Positions 27,028-38,746 of a stretch of DNA of 64,000 bases are shown piece by piece; the stretch's first letter is position 1; each line of letters begins with the position of its first letter. A program made the translations under genes and the position numbers. The notes beneath the pieces were generated by a model, which did no database searches, was not told the origin of the DNA, and worked only from the letters and a program-made list of their open reading frames with translations. Location: positions 1 to 64,000 of IMG/VR virus record IMGVR_UViG_3300047160_024814. One strand, written 5' to 3'. The DNA comes from a virus. Taxonomy: Duplodnaviria; Caudoviricetes.

Positions 27028-27411
27028 ATGAAGTCTCGCATCACCAATGTTTTGACCGGCGAGATCCTGCCGCCCTCCCGTGGTTTGCTGCCACCGCCCA
27101 AAACGCAAACCGGCCTGGTACCACCACCGCCGGATGTGCCATCAATCGGCAACGATTGGGATGATGGCCGTGGCGGCAAACCATCGAAGGCTGGCGTGCG
27201 GATCAGACTGTCCGGGGCGCAACCCTTGTTGTCATCGGAATTCGTGCAAGAGTTCTTTCAGCGCGCGGCACCGGAGGTCGGCTATCTTAAATTTGTCGAG
27301 GCGCCGGGTCTTTTGCAGATCATCACCCGCAAACCGGTGCCGGAAGATCTGAAAGAAAAACTCCGATCGATCGTCTGGCAGGGACTGCCCTTGCAATTCG
27401 TATCGAATTAG
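27028..27411 (+). CDS. hypothetical protein
   Basis: ATG at 27028, Pro-rich N-terminal part. Confidence 0.5.
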   Translation: MKSRITNVLTGEILPPSRGLLPPPKTQTGLVPPPPDVPSIGNDWDDGRGGKPSKAGVRIRLSGAQPLLSSEFVQEFFQRAAPEVGYLKFVEAPGLLQIITRKPVPEDLKEKLRSIVWQGLPLQFVSN

Positions 27412-27456
27412 CAACATCCTGATTGAAAAACAGCAAATTTTTCCGGGCAGGTTTTC

Positions 27457-28140
27457 ATGGCTGATACATTGATTTTTGGCTGTTCCTGGATTCCTGACAG
27501 GCAGCGTTTGTGGCTCACCCGGCAATGGTGCGAGTTGGTGACACGGCTTAATCCGGACGCCGATATCGTCGCCGTCCATACGCCTTCGGAGATCGATTTC
27601 CCGGCCCATTCCCGGGTCAAGATGTTTGCCTTCACCAACAATGTCGGTCATCTTGACCAGCCGGATCAGCAGGGCCAGGACGGTTGGGGGCGGGCTTTCA
27701 CCACCGGGCTTTCGATCGCCGCGGCGGACCGCTACCAACAGGTCGTGCATATCGAGTGCGACGTGTTGCTGCGCCAGCCGGTGGCCAGGGTATTCCGCAC
27801 ATTCGGCACCCGTGCCGCGGCACCACTCGCCCGGCCGCATCAGATCCCTGAATCGGCCCTGATGTTCTTCCGCAATACCACGCCTGAATGGCTGCAAAGC
27901 CTGATCCGAGCCTATGACTGGCCGTCGCTGCAGCCGTCCCGCCGGCAGCCGACCCCGGAGCTGCCCGAGCAGCGGCTTCAGCGCATCCTGGGGACCGAGC
28001 TGACCATCCTGGGGCTCAGTGGTGCGCGCTGCGAAGGCGCCTCCCAGATGACCCTGGAGCAGGCCGCACGGGTGGATTGGCTGACCCATGCCAGCCGGGC
28101 GCAGTACGAAGCATTCCTGGGGTCCATGAAATTATGCTAG
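27457..28140 (+). CDS. hypothetical protein, possibly glycosyltransferase-like
   Basis: GWGRAF..YQQVVHIECDVLL resembles a GT-A DxD-like segment (ECD). Weak. Confidence 0.5.
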   Translation: MADTLIFGCSWIPDRQRLWLTRQWCELVTRLNPDADIVAVHTPSEIDFPAHSRVKMFAFTNNVGHLDQPDQQGQDGWGRAFTTGLSIAAADRYQQVVHIECDVLLRQPVARVFRTFGTRAAAPLARPHQIPESALMFFRNTTPEWLQSLIRAYDWPSLQPSRRQPTPELPEQRLQRILGTELTILGLSGARCEGASQMTLEQAARVDWLTHASRAQYEAFLGSMKLC

Positions 28141-28315
28141 ACCTGGACTGTTCCCAGCTCAGAGGAGCATCAATCCATGTCCGACACACCCCAGCCGGAA
28201 ACCCCTGATGAGGAGCCCCCGGCCGAAGACACACCACCGTCGCCGGAGATCGAGCAGAAGGCGAAAGCCCGTGGTGTCTACCAGCAATCCGTTCCGGTAG
28301 ACTGAGGCCTTCCGC

Positions 28316-29221
28316 CTAGACGTGTACCGGCAGTCCGACCGGCGGGCTGGCGGGATCGAGAATACTGAGGATGTCGACGCGGCCGGCTGCCTGTTGGACG
28401 ACAAATCCGTTCGTTGTGGCGTCATGCAGCTGCAGCTGGCCGGCAACATGATTGCCGGTATAGAGCCGCAGCAAGTCATTCTTGAACGTATAGCTGTCGA
28501 TATGGGCCAGCCCAGGCAGATCGATTTCGCCATTTTCCAGCGTCGCCTGGGCGGCGAACTGACCGAGGTGATCGATCTGCACCTCCCCACCATTGTTGAC
28601 GTGGACGTTCTGATTGGCGCCGACCGAGCGGGCGAATTCGGTCGGTGTCCGCACGATGAAGCTGCCGTACCCAGTCACGTTGGCATCGATCAGGTTATGC
28701 CCGCTGTTCGCGAGTATGCTGGCACCATTGTTGATGAACTGGGAACCGGATGCGCCATGCATCTGCAGCCCGGCGCCGAACTGGATGTTCACGGTACCGA
28801 TCAGGTGCGCTCGCTGCTCAAGATTGACGATCAGACCCCCTTCGTCTTCGGCGAGTGTCGCGGTATCCGTGCCAAACACATTGACCGTGGCGAAGGCATG
28901 GGCGGCGTTCAGGTCGAGGTTGGAATTCTGGCTCAGGTTGAACGTATGGTTGCCAGATGAGAAATATGCCCCGGCATGGACATTGGCCTGATGTGACAGG
29001 TTGGCGGTGAAATCGACCGAACCGGGACTAAATCCTGTCGAGAAATCCAGGAAGTCACCGGCCAGGTCGCCGCCGCGGATGTCCAGGGTGAAAGGGCCGC
29101 TTCGAACGTCTAAAGTTCCGATATGCAGTTGATCGCCGGTTGCCGGTACGGTGTCGGTTGACCAGTCGGCCGGATTGTTGGCGCGGTTGGTGCCGCCGCC
29201 AAGCCAAGTCAGTATTGCCAT
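28316..29221 (-). CDS. hypothetical Gly/Asn-rich beta-repeat protein
   Basis: 301 aa, TWLGGGTNRANNPADWS start; composition typical of secreted or passenger-like proteins. Confidence 0.6.
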   Translation of the reverse strand: MAILTWLGGGTNRANNPADWSTDTVPATGDQLHIGTLDVRSGPFTLDIRGGDLAGDFLDFSTGFSPGSVDFTANLSHQANVHAGAYFSSGNHTFNLSQNSNLDLNAAHAFATVNVFGTDTATLAEDEGGLIVNLEQRAHLIGTVNIQFGAGLQMHGASGSQFINNGASILANSGHNLIDANVTGYGSFIVRTPTEFARSVGANQNVHVNNGGEVQIDHLGQFAAQATLENGEIDLPGLAHIDSYTFKNDLLRLYTGNHVAGQLQLHDATTNGFVVQQAAGRVDILSILDPASPPVGLPVHV

Positions 29222-29309
29222 TTGGAGTTCTTTCAGTGGTTGCTGTCGTCTCTATTATGTAATAGACTTCCGCTGTCAAGTGTGAGGGAATTCACACTGG
29301 TATTTTTCG

Positions 29310-29831
29310 TCAGGCGCCAGGGCTTTTCAGCCAGATCTTGAAATTATCTCGGGCCTTGGGCCGGCAGACGACATCGACCGCGATCGTATAGGCGTTCGGC
29401 CAGCGGGATTCGTCTGGTTTACCAGGTCGCCATAAATCGATGTAGTACTGGTAGGCGCCGTCCATATCACCGATCACCGGCAGGGGTGCCGGGCTTGAAT
29501 ACAGTAAAAGTCGGGCAAAGGCAGTGGCGAGCGGATCATGATAGCGCAGGGACTGATGGGCTTCGACCTCTGGTACATCGCAGGCTGCCAAGACATAGCG
29601 GGCGAGTTGCGGTGACGTTTCCAATACGCCTTGCACGCCGATCTGTTCGAACTGATAATAGGAGACCGCAGGCGGCGGGCCTTCAGCGACGATCTGGGCG
29701 CGTTCGTTCCATAGGGTTTCCTGCCCGGCGCACGCCATCAGCATGACTCGGGCCTCATCGGAGGCCATGTGCCGCGGCAGTAAATCAAGTCCGGGCTCGA
29801 TGCAGCGGGGCAGGAACAGATAAGGGCTCAT
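29310..29831 (-). CDS. putative endolysin (lysozyme-like phage family)
   Basis: EARVMLMACAGQET, YYQFE, DPLATAFARLLL, YYIDLWRPGKP, RWPNAY resemble a phage family usually annotated as endolysin. Confidence 0.55.
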   Translation of the reverse strand: MSPYLFLPRCIEPGLDLLPRHMASDEARVMLMACAGQETLWNERAQIVAEGPPPAVSYYQFEQIGVQGVLETSPQLARYVLAACDVPEVEAHQSLRYHDPLATAFARLLLYSSPAPLPVIGDMDGAYQYYIDLWRPGKPDESRWPNAYTIAVDVVCRPKARDNFKIWLKSPGA

Positions 29832-30423
29832 GATGATGGTTTCCTTTGGGGTTTCCTCTGGGACGGCGCTCAAAAATTTCCGTCAAGTCCTGGCAGGAAT
29901 CAATGTCCGGCCGTTGTTGACCCAGTTGGAACAGAATCCCAATCTATGGTCCACCGAAACCGAATGGACACGCAAGGATGTGCCGGAGCCGTTGCGGCCG
30001 TATTTCGTGCTTTATGAGACCGAGAACATCGTACTAAGATACAACGAGCCACGGCTGCCGGAAGACCGGTCATGGAACCGGCCGGCGCTGCAAGCCCTTT
30101 CTGCCGCCAAGCGGATCATCCTGGATCTCATGTCGGCGATCCCCGGTGAGCATCTGGGCAAGATCGTCATCACCCGGATGAAATCCGGCGAGACGATCAA
30201 GCCGCATACCGACATGCTGCCGCCGGGCTGGCCCGTCTACTGGCAGCGGTTTCAGATCCCGTTGCAAGTCGAATCGGGCGTGCGGTTCGTTTGCGACGAG
30301 GAAGAATTGTATATGCGGCCGGGTACCGCGTGGTGGTTCAACAACCAGATCCAGCACGCCGTCTACAACGACAGCAAGACCGATCGGATCTCGATGCTGG
30401 CCGATATCAAGCCTTGGGCTTGA
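29830..30423 (+). CDS. aspartyl/asparaginyl beta-hydroxylase-like 2OG-Fe(II) oxygenase
   Basis: HxD motif (KPHTD), RFQIPL, WWFNNQIQHAVYNDSKTDRI. Confidence 0.85.
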   Translation: MMMVSFGVSSGTALKNFRQVLAGINVRPLLTQLEQNPNLWSTETEWTRKDVPEPLRPYFVLYETENIVLRYNEPRLPEDRSWNRPALQALSAAKRIILDLMSAIPGEHLGKIVITRMKSGETIKPHTDMLPPGWPVYWQRFQIPLQVESGVRFVCDEEELYMRPGTAWWFNNQIQHAVYNDSKTDRISMLADIKPWA

Positions 30424-30988
30424 TCACGAATGCCTTGCCTTCGCGTGTTAGGTGAATGGCGTCACCGAAGTTTTCATCCACTGCCCGCTTGGCTCCTGGT
30501 GTCACGTTATAGTCGTCGAACAGCATGACACCATGTGGTACCAAGAGAGGGCAGAACCGTTCTATGGCGGCGCGGGTGCTGCGGTACTGGTCGCAGTCGA
30601 TATGAGCGAAGGCGATCGGTCCGAGATCGGCTGGCATGGTGTCAGGGAATATCCCGACATGAAAGATTGCTGTCGGGATCAGCCGGCGCACGCCTTCCTC
30701 ATCGACACCATCAGCCATGGCGCCGACCGGGATCGGGTCGATCCCTGGTGTGCTTTCCGGAATGCCGCGGAACGTGTCGAACAGATGACAGTCGCGGCCT
30801 TGCTTGGCGGCAAGCCAGGCGAGGCGACAGGCTGAGCCGCCGCGATGCACACCCAGCTCGACGAAACAGCCAGCCGGGGTTGCGACCGCCAATTTGAGCA
30901 TTGTCTCTTTGCGGGGCGTGCCGAAGATCCGATAACGGGGGTCATCGGGATGGAAAACCGTTCGGTTGGTGTTCCAGTCATCCATCAT
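30407..30988 (-). CDS. TylF/MycF family O-methyltransferase
   Basis: FVELGVHRGGS, LFDTFRGIP, AHIDCDQYRST, GVMLFDDY. Confidence 0.88.
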   Translation of the reverse strand: MMDDWNTNRTVFHPDDPRYRIFGTPRKETMLKLAVATPAGCFVELGVHRGGSACRLAWLAAKQGRDCHLFDTFRGIPESTPGIDPIPVGAMADGVDEEGVRRLIPTAIFHVGIFPDTMPADLGPIAFAHIDCDQYRSTRAAIERFCPLLVPHGVMLFDDYNVTPGAKRAVDENFGDAIHLTREGKAFVIKPKA

Positions 30989-31353
30989 GCCGTTCGATCA
31001 CCTCCCGGAGATTGCGGCGTGAAATCCTCAATCTGGGTGTGAGGGATTTCACACCGGGAGTTTTCAGTCTGGAGGAGGGATGATGCCGGTGGCACGGAGA
31101 ATGAGGATTAGTGCTACTCCTGCCGCCAGACCGATCAACAAATTGCTTACCGACATCATAGGGGTATGCCTAAAAGCGGCGGATCAAGGCGTAGACATCC
31201 GCGCATCTCACACTGCTCAGGCTTGGGGCACGGTCCCTGCTTGGCGGGACAGTCAGCGTATTCGGCCTCAAGCTGAGTATCCCAAATATTGCCGTCTTCG
31301 CTCATCCATCCGCCATTCACTGCTACGGCCATGTCGCTCTCCGGGGGTTGGGA

Positions 31354-31716
31354 TTATGCCGCTTCGCAGTGGTAATTTCTGCCATGGTTGCGCCCGCCGC
31401 AGGAGCACCAACAATCGCCCCCCGGCTTAGCGCCAACACAGCGCCAGTCACATTGGTGAGGGTCCGCTTTTGTTAAGAAGCGGACCCTCCGCTCTACCGG
31501 CAACCAGTCAGAGCGATTATCGAAGATATGACCCGCCGAATAATCGCAAAGGCGCGGAGCGCCAATGACAGTCCCAAACTGCATGTTCTTGGCAGATAGA
31601 ATTGCGCGAGGGTAACCAACAGGTTTGCCGTCATCGTCAGTCTCATACCAACGGATGTTCTCCAACTCGGAGTCTCCGTTGAAGTATTTCCATGCTGCGA
31701 TGCGACGCCTAGCCAT
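31354..31716 (-). CDS. hypothetical protein with Cys/His metal-binding tail
   Basis: HQCDWRC..CWCSCGGRNHG. Confidence 0.6.
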   Translation of the reverse strand: MARRRIAAWKYFNGDSELENIRWYETDDDGKPVGYPRAILSAKNMQFGTVIGAPRLCDYSAGHIFDNRSDWLPVERRVRFLTKADPHQCDWRCVGAKPGGDCWCSCGGRNHGRNYHCEAA

Positions 31717-31775
31717 TTGGGTCGGTCCTCAATCGGGGTTCAGTGCTCTCGCACGAGGTTCCGCTCCGGGGTTTG

Positions 31776-32462
31776 TTACGCTAAGATCGTTGCACCCTTA
31801 GATGCGCGGTATAGCGCAACACCGATGTCAACCGCATCGGCGCTCCATGGCTTTCCTTGGGGGCCAGCATTGAGCGCGCTGTCTAGGACAACAAAATAAT
31901 CGTCCCACGCCGCCACCGCAGCCGCCGCCGCAGCCTCCGCCGCCGCAGCCTCCGCCGCCGCCCGCGCCGCCCGCGCTGCCCGCGCTGCCCGCGCTGCCCG
32001 CGCCGCATCCGCCACCGCTGCCCGCGCTGCCCGCGCTGCCCGCGCCGCCTGCGCCGCCTGCGCCGCCGCACTTGCCGTGTCTGCCGCCTTATTCATATCT
32101 ATATCATCGGGCAGACCGCGTAGCCTCGATGCGTGATCGTGCAATCCAGCTACATCAAGCGCCCGAGGGGCAAACACCCTCAGCGCACCCAAGATAAGAA
32201 TGCGCACTCTGGCCGGTTGGTGCTTTTCGCTGCGGCTTCCCGCAATGCGGTGCAGATACGGCAATAGCCTTTGGCGCACGTCATCAGGCATTAAATCATT
32301 GCCCCGGATCACATACGACGCAATTACAGGACAAGCACACTCCGGTGCATCGCCGTGTTTGCCGTGCACCAGCCAATTCACGGCATCCATAGCGCAAGCG
32401 CCTTCTGCCGGATTGTCGCTATGGCCGCGACGCAGAACGTATGGCCAAGTTACGATGTTCAT
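31776..32462 (-). CDS. Ala-rich hypothetical protein, paralog 1
   Basis: GACAMDAVNWL..PECACPV, then an ARA repeat tract. Confidence 0.75.
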   Translation of the reverse strand: MNIVTWPYVLRRGHSDNPAEGACAMDAVNWLVHGKHGDAPECACPVIASYVIRGNDLMPDDVRQRLLPYLHRIAGSRSEKHQPARVRILILGALRVFAPRALDVAGLHDHASRLRGLPDDIDMNKAADTASAAAQAAQAARAARAARAAVADAARAARAARAARAARAAAEAAAAEAAAAAAVAAWDDYFVVLDSALNAGPQGKPWSADAVDIGVALYRASKGATILA

Positions 32463-32601
32463 CAGAGACTTCCTTTCTTTTACTGGGGTGAAGTTTACTT
32501 CGCTTGGTAGGCATCATAAGCACAAGTCCAGGCAGCTTATGCCGCGAGTCATGCGGCCTTCTTCTGTTCGGTCCGCGCCGGAACGGTCGGGACCATGTCG
32601 A

Positions 32602-33282
<681 letters not shown>

Positions 33283-33616
33283 CCGGGGTGAAGTTTATCC
33301 TGAAGGAAGGGGCTTACGCCCCCACCTCCGTCCATAGCTCTCTGCTACATTGCTGGACTATCGAATTGGCCTTCGACATCGCTTCAGTGCGCGTCTTGCC
33401 CCAAGCAGTAGCGAACAACGGCCATTCGCCAGTCTTCTCCCATATGTCGCAGTGCCAGGGGAAACCCTCGCTGGCTGATATCTCTGCGTTGAACGCAGGA
33501 TCGTCGCGGTAAAGGCATATTCTCTTATTCACACTGCGGTTCGGATGGTTGACCATTGCTCTACTCCTGCCCCTGAAACCCGCGAGGCGCCGGTTACGCA
33601 ATCGGGGTATATTGTA

Positions 33617-33910
33617 TCAGTTGGTCGTTACAGCCTCAATGATTGCCTTCTGGCACCGCTCCTTGAACTGTTCGTCCATCTGTTTCTCTACCTCTTTCTT
33701 GCGACGCTTATGGTCCCCTTCCATCGACTTGAGCTTTTGGAAAAGCTCTGGCGTGGCATTTCTCGCCTTGACGCGGGAGATAGCGCAATATGTGGGGCGC
33801 CCATAGCCGTTCTGGAATGAGTAGTAGAGCCTGGCGTCTGTGACTCGCTCGACCTGAACGAGATCCCCATACTCTGTCCACTCATTCCCGATTATCGCTA
33901 ATTCTGCCAT
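33617..33910 (-). CDS. hypothetical protein
   Basis: 97-aa ORF in the minus-strand operon. Confidence 0.55.
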   Translation of the reverse strand: MAELAIIGNEWTEYGDLVQVERVTDARLYYSFQNGYGRPTYCAISRVKARNATPELFQKLKSMEGDHKRRKKEVEKQMDEQFKERCQKAIIEAVTTN

Positions 33911-34275
33911 GTGCTGGCGCTTCCTTCAGTGGGGTTTGGTTCAGTCTTCCAGCTTCTCGATTAGATCAGCAATCGCCTCTTGCTCAGAGGCGCCCCATCC
34001 GATTGGGCACCCCGGCCCATCATAGGTGTTGTCATCTTGAACGTATGCCTTTGTCATATCTCAACTCGTTCGGCGTGAGCCTTGCGCCACGCCTTGTATA
34101 GGTCAGTCTTCGTCGCCTTCGCTGGCAGCGCAATACCGAAGTCCGCCATCAGCTTCTTGCGCCACCCATCAGCGCGGAAGCAGTTCAGAAGCGGCAGCCC
34201 GCTTGCTGCCTGCCTCTCTGCCCTTAGCCGTCCGCTTACTGATGCTGTGCTCACGGTCGCGTCCTCAATCGGGGT

Positions 34276-34551
34276 TCAGGGTGCGGCGTAGCCGATGGTG
34301 AAACTGCCGATCGGATGCAGGACAAGGTAGGGCTTGGCCGGATCGAAGTATCGCTTCGCCCGGATGAACTTCTCGACCTGCGCGCGACCCTCCTGCGTCG
34401 TGAACATCTCCGGCCGCTCATCGTCACGGAACCAATCGACCTCCATAAACGATTGAGCCTCGCCGCCGCCGAAATGGAAGCTGCCAGTCGGCTTCGGTAT
34501 CTCAAACACACGCACCAACATCAGATTAGTTCCTTGTCCTTCGCTAGCCAT
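34276..34551 (-). CDS. hypothetical protein
   Basis: Stop codon lies inside the junction motif; true start is probably nearer 34524. Confidence 0.5.
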   Translation of the reverse strand: MASEGQGTNLMLVRVFEIPKPTGSFHFGGGEAQSFMEVDWFRDDERPEMFTTQEGRAQVEKFIRAKRYFDPAKPYLVLHPIGSFTIGYAAP

Positions 34552-34697
34552 TCAGGCATTGCCATTGTGTTATCGTCAGAGTCCCACTCGCATTGTGACT
34601 TTGGAAGCCAGACCGTGCGGACGCCATCGTGAAAGCGATAGGCTTTGTCCGTTTCGCCCTGTATCTCGCCGGCAATGTCAACTAGGTCTGATTTCAT
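34521..34697 (-). CDS. small phage hypothetical protein (58 aa)
   Basis: Read by hand: MKSDLVDIAGEIQGETDKAYRFHDGVRTVWLPKSQCEWD..MPEWLAKDKELI. Confidence 0.6.
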   Translation of the reverse strand: MKSDLVDIAGEIQGETDKAYRFHDGVRTVWLPKSQCEWDSDDNTMAMPEWLAKDKELI

Positions 34698-34710
34698 AGC
34701 GGGGTGAAGT

Positions 34711-35007
34711 TTACGCTGAGCGGGCTGCGTCGATAGCGGCTATCGCACGCGACATTAGATCTCGGACACTGACACCCGGCTTGCCCCAGAACGTCACGGC
34801 CGCGCTGTCGTCATCTCCATCGCGATGGATGAAAGGGCCGCGTGCCTGAAACCGTGTTCCGCCGTTCGGGTCCAGCGTCGCAGGCAAATAGAGATAGAAC
34901 CGCACACCCTCGAATGTGACACCATCCACTGTCTTGCTGATGACTTCAACTCGCTCCGTTAGCTCTTCTGCATAGACGTTGATCCGCATGAATGGCCTCT
35001 TTCTCAA
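34711..35007 (-). CDS. hypothetical protein
   Basis: MRINVYAEELT..DDDSAAVTFW; junction motifs at both ends. Confidence 0.6.
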   Translation of the reverse strand: MRKRPFMRINVYAEELTERVEVISKTVDGVTFEGVRFYLYLPATLDPNGGTRFQARGPFIHRDGDDDSAAVTFWGKPGVSVRDLMSRAIAAIDAARSA

Positions 35008-35026
35008 TCGGGGGTGAAATTCATCG

Positions 35027-35056
35027 TTGACAAGACCCTATATAAGACCATATACT
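35027..35056 (+). promoter_or_regulatory. sigma70-type promoter
   Basis: TTGACA-N18-TATACT at a strand switch. Confidence 0.65.
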
Positions 35057-35097
35057 AAACCAGTCAAGAGGAAAGTTCGCAGGATTGTAAATCAGCG

Positions 35098-35304
35098 ATG
35101 GATCAGACCGAAAAGATCAAGTCGGGAATGCGCCACGGCGCGGCACAAGGCCGGGTGCCGACCGGACGGCCTTACACGGTGTCAGACGCGGCGATCCGCA
35201 AGGTGCTGCATCTAGGCACTCTAGAAGCCGCGCGGCGGGTGGGGCTTTCCAAGAGCCAATTTATTGCGCGGCGGCGGCGACTTGAAACGGAGGATATGAA
35301 ATGA
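35098..35304 (+). CDS. small DNA-binding protein (HTH-like)
   Basis: GRVPTGRP..LGTLEAARRVGLSKSQF. Confidence 0.55.
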   Translation: MDQTEKIKSGMRHGAAQGRVPTGRPYTVSDAAIRKVLHLGTLEAARRVGLSKSQFIARRRRLETEDMK

Positions 35305-36971
35305 GCGACAAACCGACCCCGTTCGTGATGGAGGGGGAATCCATATGATCAATAAACCAACCACACTCTGGCAGCCTTGCCGCGAAGGGCACGAGCGATG
35401 CGCCGTCGATGGTGTCGAGTGTGAATGCGAGGCGCGCCACGTTCGCATGGGGCCGTCGCCTACCGTGTGCCGAGTGATGGCTAAGTTCGAGGACAGACTG
35501 GGTCATCATGAAGCTGCGGATCAGTGGCGAGCAGCAGCCGAGACACCGGAGGCCAAAGGCAATGCCTGATTGCAAATCATCCGGCCAACAGCAAACGACC
35601 CGTAGGCGTAGGCTGCTGACAAGTATGCAGAAGCGCGGGGGCGAGCGAGTGCGGGCCAAACTAGTCGGTAAGCAGGTCCGCATCTGGTCGGCAGAGCACC
35701 ATGCATGGTGGCGCCCGGAGCGGTGCGGTTACACCATCCACCTAGAGGCGGCGGGCATCTATGACTTCTCCGACGCATGGGACGCCACGCACCACTGCGG
35801 GCCGGAAAAGCGGATAGCGTTCTATATCGTGGAAAACCAACATGGCTGATTCCGATACCACAGTCCGATGGTATGCGGTTGCCGATCGCAATGGCGATCC
35901 CAATAAAACCATATGGACCTTGAGTACAAATCAAAACGAACTGGGCTGGGATACCGACTTAGGCTTCCCTGGCTATGGGCTAATGAAGGAAGATGCCGAG
36001 TTTCTCGCGCAAGCCGCCAACGAGAAGTTGGAGAGAATGGAAAACCAGGAATGACTGAATCAACGACGGCTTGGCAGAATTGCCGCGACGAGCAGTGCTA
36101 CTCGATGAAGTGTTGCATGGCCTGGATTGAGGATTGTGTGCCATGAGTGCAGATCAGCCTAACAATCCCCAGACGGCCCGCAAAGTCGGCGAGGATGACC
36201 CGATCTACCGCATTCGCCAAGCGCGAATGGATGGCAGAGACTGGATGGTCGCAAGGAAGGTTTCGACATATCGATGAATGGATGGCGAGACTCGGGCTGC
36301 ATTCCAGATCGCCCCAGTTTTTATCCGAGCCCCTCTGCGACGATGCCCGACGCAAAATAGGCGCTAGGCTCGCTCGCGTGCCGAGAATCAAACTATGAAC
36401 GACAGCGCCATCAGTATGACCGATAACTCCAAGCGCATGAAGTGGGTCCTGGCCAAGAGCCGCGAAGAACACGAGTGCGAGCTGCTTGGTTGGAAGCTAA
36501 TTGCCCAGGAGACGCGCCTGGATAATTTGTTGTGGTGCCTTTGGGCAAATATGGAAAATCAGCCATGAGTAATGACATGACCCAATGGCAGCCAAAACTA
36601 TGCCCGTTCTGCAAGGTTATGGACATCTTTCCGGAGGAGAAGAACCCCGCCTCTTTCAGCATCCGATGCCGGAATTGCAGAGCCTCCGGGCCAGAGGCAG
36701 GAACAATAGGAGAGGCATGTTTACAATGGAACCGGTCAGCCGACAGATCTCGCGGAGCCGGTGAACCGGTGTGGGCCTATTGGCCAAGCTTTCGAGCTTT
36801 CCCCGGTCATCGGAGTGGCTGGCATTTGGCGTCATACGGCCCGCATCCAGTCAATGGCATGCGCTGGCGATTCTGGTATGACGGAGAGTGGGCGATTGGA
36901 TCACCCGATATGGACTATGGATTCCATCCGTTCGATCAGCCGCCTGTGGGGGCTTTGAATGTCTGACCGCG

Positions 36972-37538
36972 ATGACTGACAAACTTGAAATAGGATCGTT
37001 TGCCACAGTCCGGCCCGGTTGGCTGTGTACCGATATCAACCCACAACATCCCGACATTCAATGTCTGGACGCCACCCAGCCATTCCCATTCGCCGACGAT
37101 ACATTCCAATTCATTTATGCCGAACACATGATCGAGCACATCACCTTCCCCCAGGCCCGTTCAATGCTGAATGAGTGCCACCGTGTGATGCAGCCGGGCG
37201 GCGTGATCCGTATCGTCACACCGTCGATCGAGTTCTTGAGCCTGATGCTGCGTGACAGCATCCCCGATTACGTTCAATGGGCCGCAAAAACTTTCTGCCC
37301 GAACGATCCGCCACTCCGCTCCGTGGTGTTCAACAACTTCGTGCGCGCCTGGGGCCATCAGTTCATCTATGATGCATCGGCTTTATGCTGGATCATGCAT
37401 CAGGCGGGCTTCCAGGACCTGCAATTCTGCAGTCTGCAGAAAAGCGAGCATCCTGAGCTGCAGAATCTTGCATTCGAGGACCGGATGCCGCAAGGGTTTC
37501 TGGCCATAGAAAGTATGGTAATCGAGGGGACCAAATGA
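36972..37538 (+). CDS. class I SAM-dependent methyltransferase
   Basis: LEIGS, DINP, LDATQPFPFADDTFQFIYAEHMIEH, MQPGGVIRIVTP. Confidence 0.85.
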   Translation: MTDKLEIGSFATVRPGWLCTDINPQHPDIQCLDATQPFPFADDTFQFIYAEHMIEHITFPQARSMLNECHRVMQPGGVIRIVTPSIEFLSLMLRDSIPDYVQWAAKTFCPNDPPLRSVVFNNFVRAWGHQFIYDASALCWIMHQAGFQDLQFCSLQKSEHPELQNLAFEDRMPQGFLAIESMVIEGTK

Positions 37539-38143
37539 TTGATCTTCCGGAAATTTATCAACGCTACAAAGACTACACGCTGGTCGACGAAGTCAACTAC
37601 ATCGCCAACTTGCAGCTCTGCCAGGACAAGGCCCCGGCGGAAGGCTGCATCGTCGAGTGCGGCGTGTGGAAAGGCGGCATGCTGGCCGGCATGGCGGAGG
37701 TCCTGCCTGATCGCAAAATCTACGGCTATGACAGTTTTGAAGGCTTGCGCGAACCACAGGAGGTCGACGGTCCTGCTGCCGCGGACTGGTGGCGGATGAA
37801 TCCTGTACAGAATTGTGCCGTTACACAGGAAGAAGCGGCACAAGTTCTAGGACGATCAAAATTTAGCGGTCTGTTAATCAAAGGCTGGTTCGAAGAGACT
37901 TTGTTCGATCATCGCCCCAACCAACCAATCGCCGTCCTACGGCTGGACGCCGATTGGTACACGCCAACCTTGATCAGTTTCACACTTTACGACCTGGTCA
38001 CCAAAGGCGGATTGATCATCATCGACGACTATTATGTCTGGGACGGCTGTGCTCGTGCGGTGCATGACTTTTTGAGCGGCAAAGCGCTTAACACCACCAT
38101 TCAGCAATTCAACAACAAGGTATGCTACATGGTGAAAAAATGA
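37535..38143 (+). CDS. TylF/MycF family O-methyltransferase
   Basis: IVECGVWKGG, YDSFEGL, IKGWFEETL, LRLDADWY, GGLIIIDDY. Confidence 0.92.
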   Translation: MIDLPEIYQRYKDYTLVDEVNYIANLQLCQDKAPAEGCIVECGVWKGGMLAGMAEVLPDRKIYGYDSFEGLREPQEVDGPAAADWWRMNPVQNCAVTQEEAAQVLGRSKFSGLLIKGWFEETLFDHRPNQPIAVLRLDADWYTPTLISFTLYDLVTKGGLIIIDDYYVWDGCARAVHDFLSGKALNTTIQQFNNKVCYMVKK

Positions 38144-38715
38144 GTCTACTCGACCTGTTTCAGAAATACGGCACCGACAAGGCGGAGCTTGGCTACGCAC
38201 CGATCTACGAAGCCTTGTTCGGGCATCGCCGCAGCCGAGTGCTGAGTGTACTGGAGATCGGCATTGGCACACTGACACCAAATGTACCATCCTCCATGGC
38301 TGGAATAAAAGATGGCTATGCGACCGGTGCCAGCTTACGTGCATGGCGGGACTGGTTTCCATTTGCCCTGATCGTGGGCATGGACACGCAGGAAGACACG
38401 ATGTTCACGGAGCCACGCATCAGGACGCTCTGGTGTGATTCAACCAGTTCAGCGGTTCATACTCATCTCACCAAGAATAAATTTGACCTGGTGATCGATG
38501 ATGGCGACCACAACTCAACCGCGCAGATTGCCACACTGATGCAATGCTGGCCCCTACTGAAACCGGACGGCGTCTACGTCATCGAGGATGTGATCGGTGA
38601 CTACCTGTTCGATACACAGGACAACCTGACTGCCATCGTCAAAAGTGTACCGGTCTTCATTCGCTGCTCACACACGATGGTGGTTGTGCTGACCAAGCCA
38701 TATAGGGGAGCCTGA
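38140..38715 (+). CDS. class I SAM-dependent methyltransferase (sugar O-methyltransferase-like)
   Basis: KYGTDK, VLEIGIG, GASLRAWRDWFP, FDLVIDDGDH, GVYVIEDV. Confidence 0.85.
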   Translation: MSLLDLFQKYGTDKAELGYAPIYEALFGHRRSRVLSVLEIGIGTLTPNVPSSMAGIKDGYATGASLRAWRDWFPFALIVGMDTQEDTMFTEPRIRTLWCDSTSSAVHTHLTKNKFDLVIDDGDHNSTAQIATLMQCWPLLKPDGVYVIEDVIGDYLFDTQDNLTAIVKSVPVFIRCSHTMVVVLTKPYRGA

Positions 38716-38746
38716 CCAAGACTCCCCTGGCTGGCGAAAAATCCAC

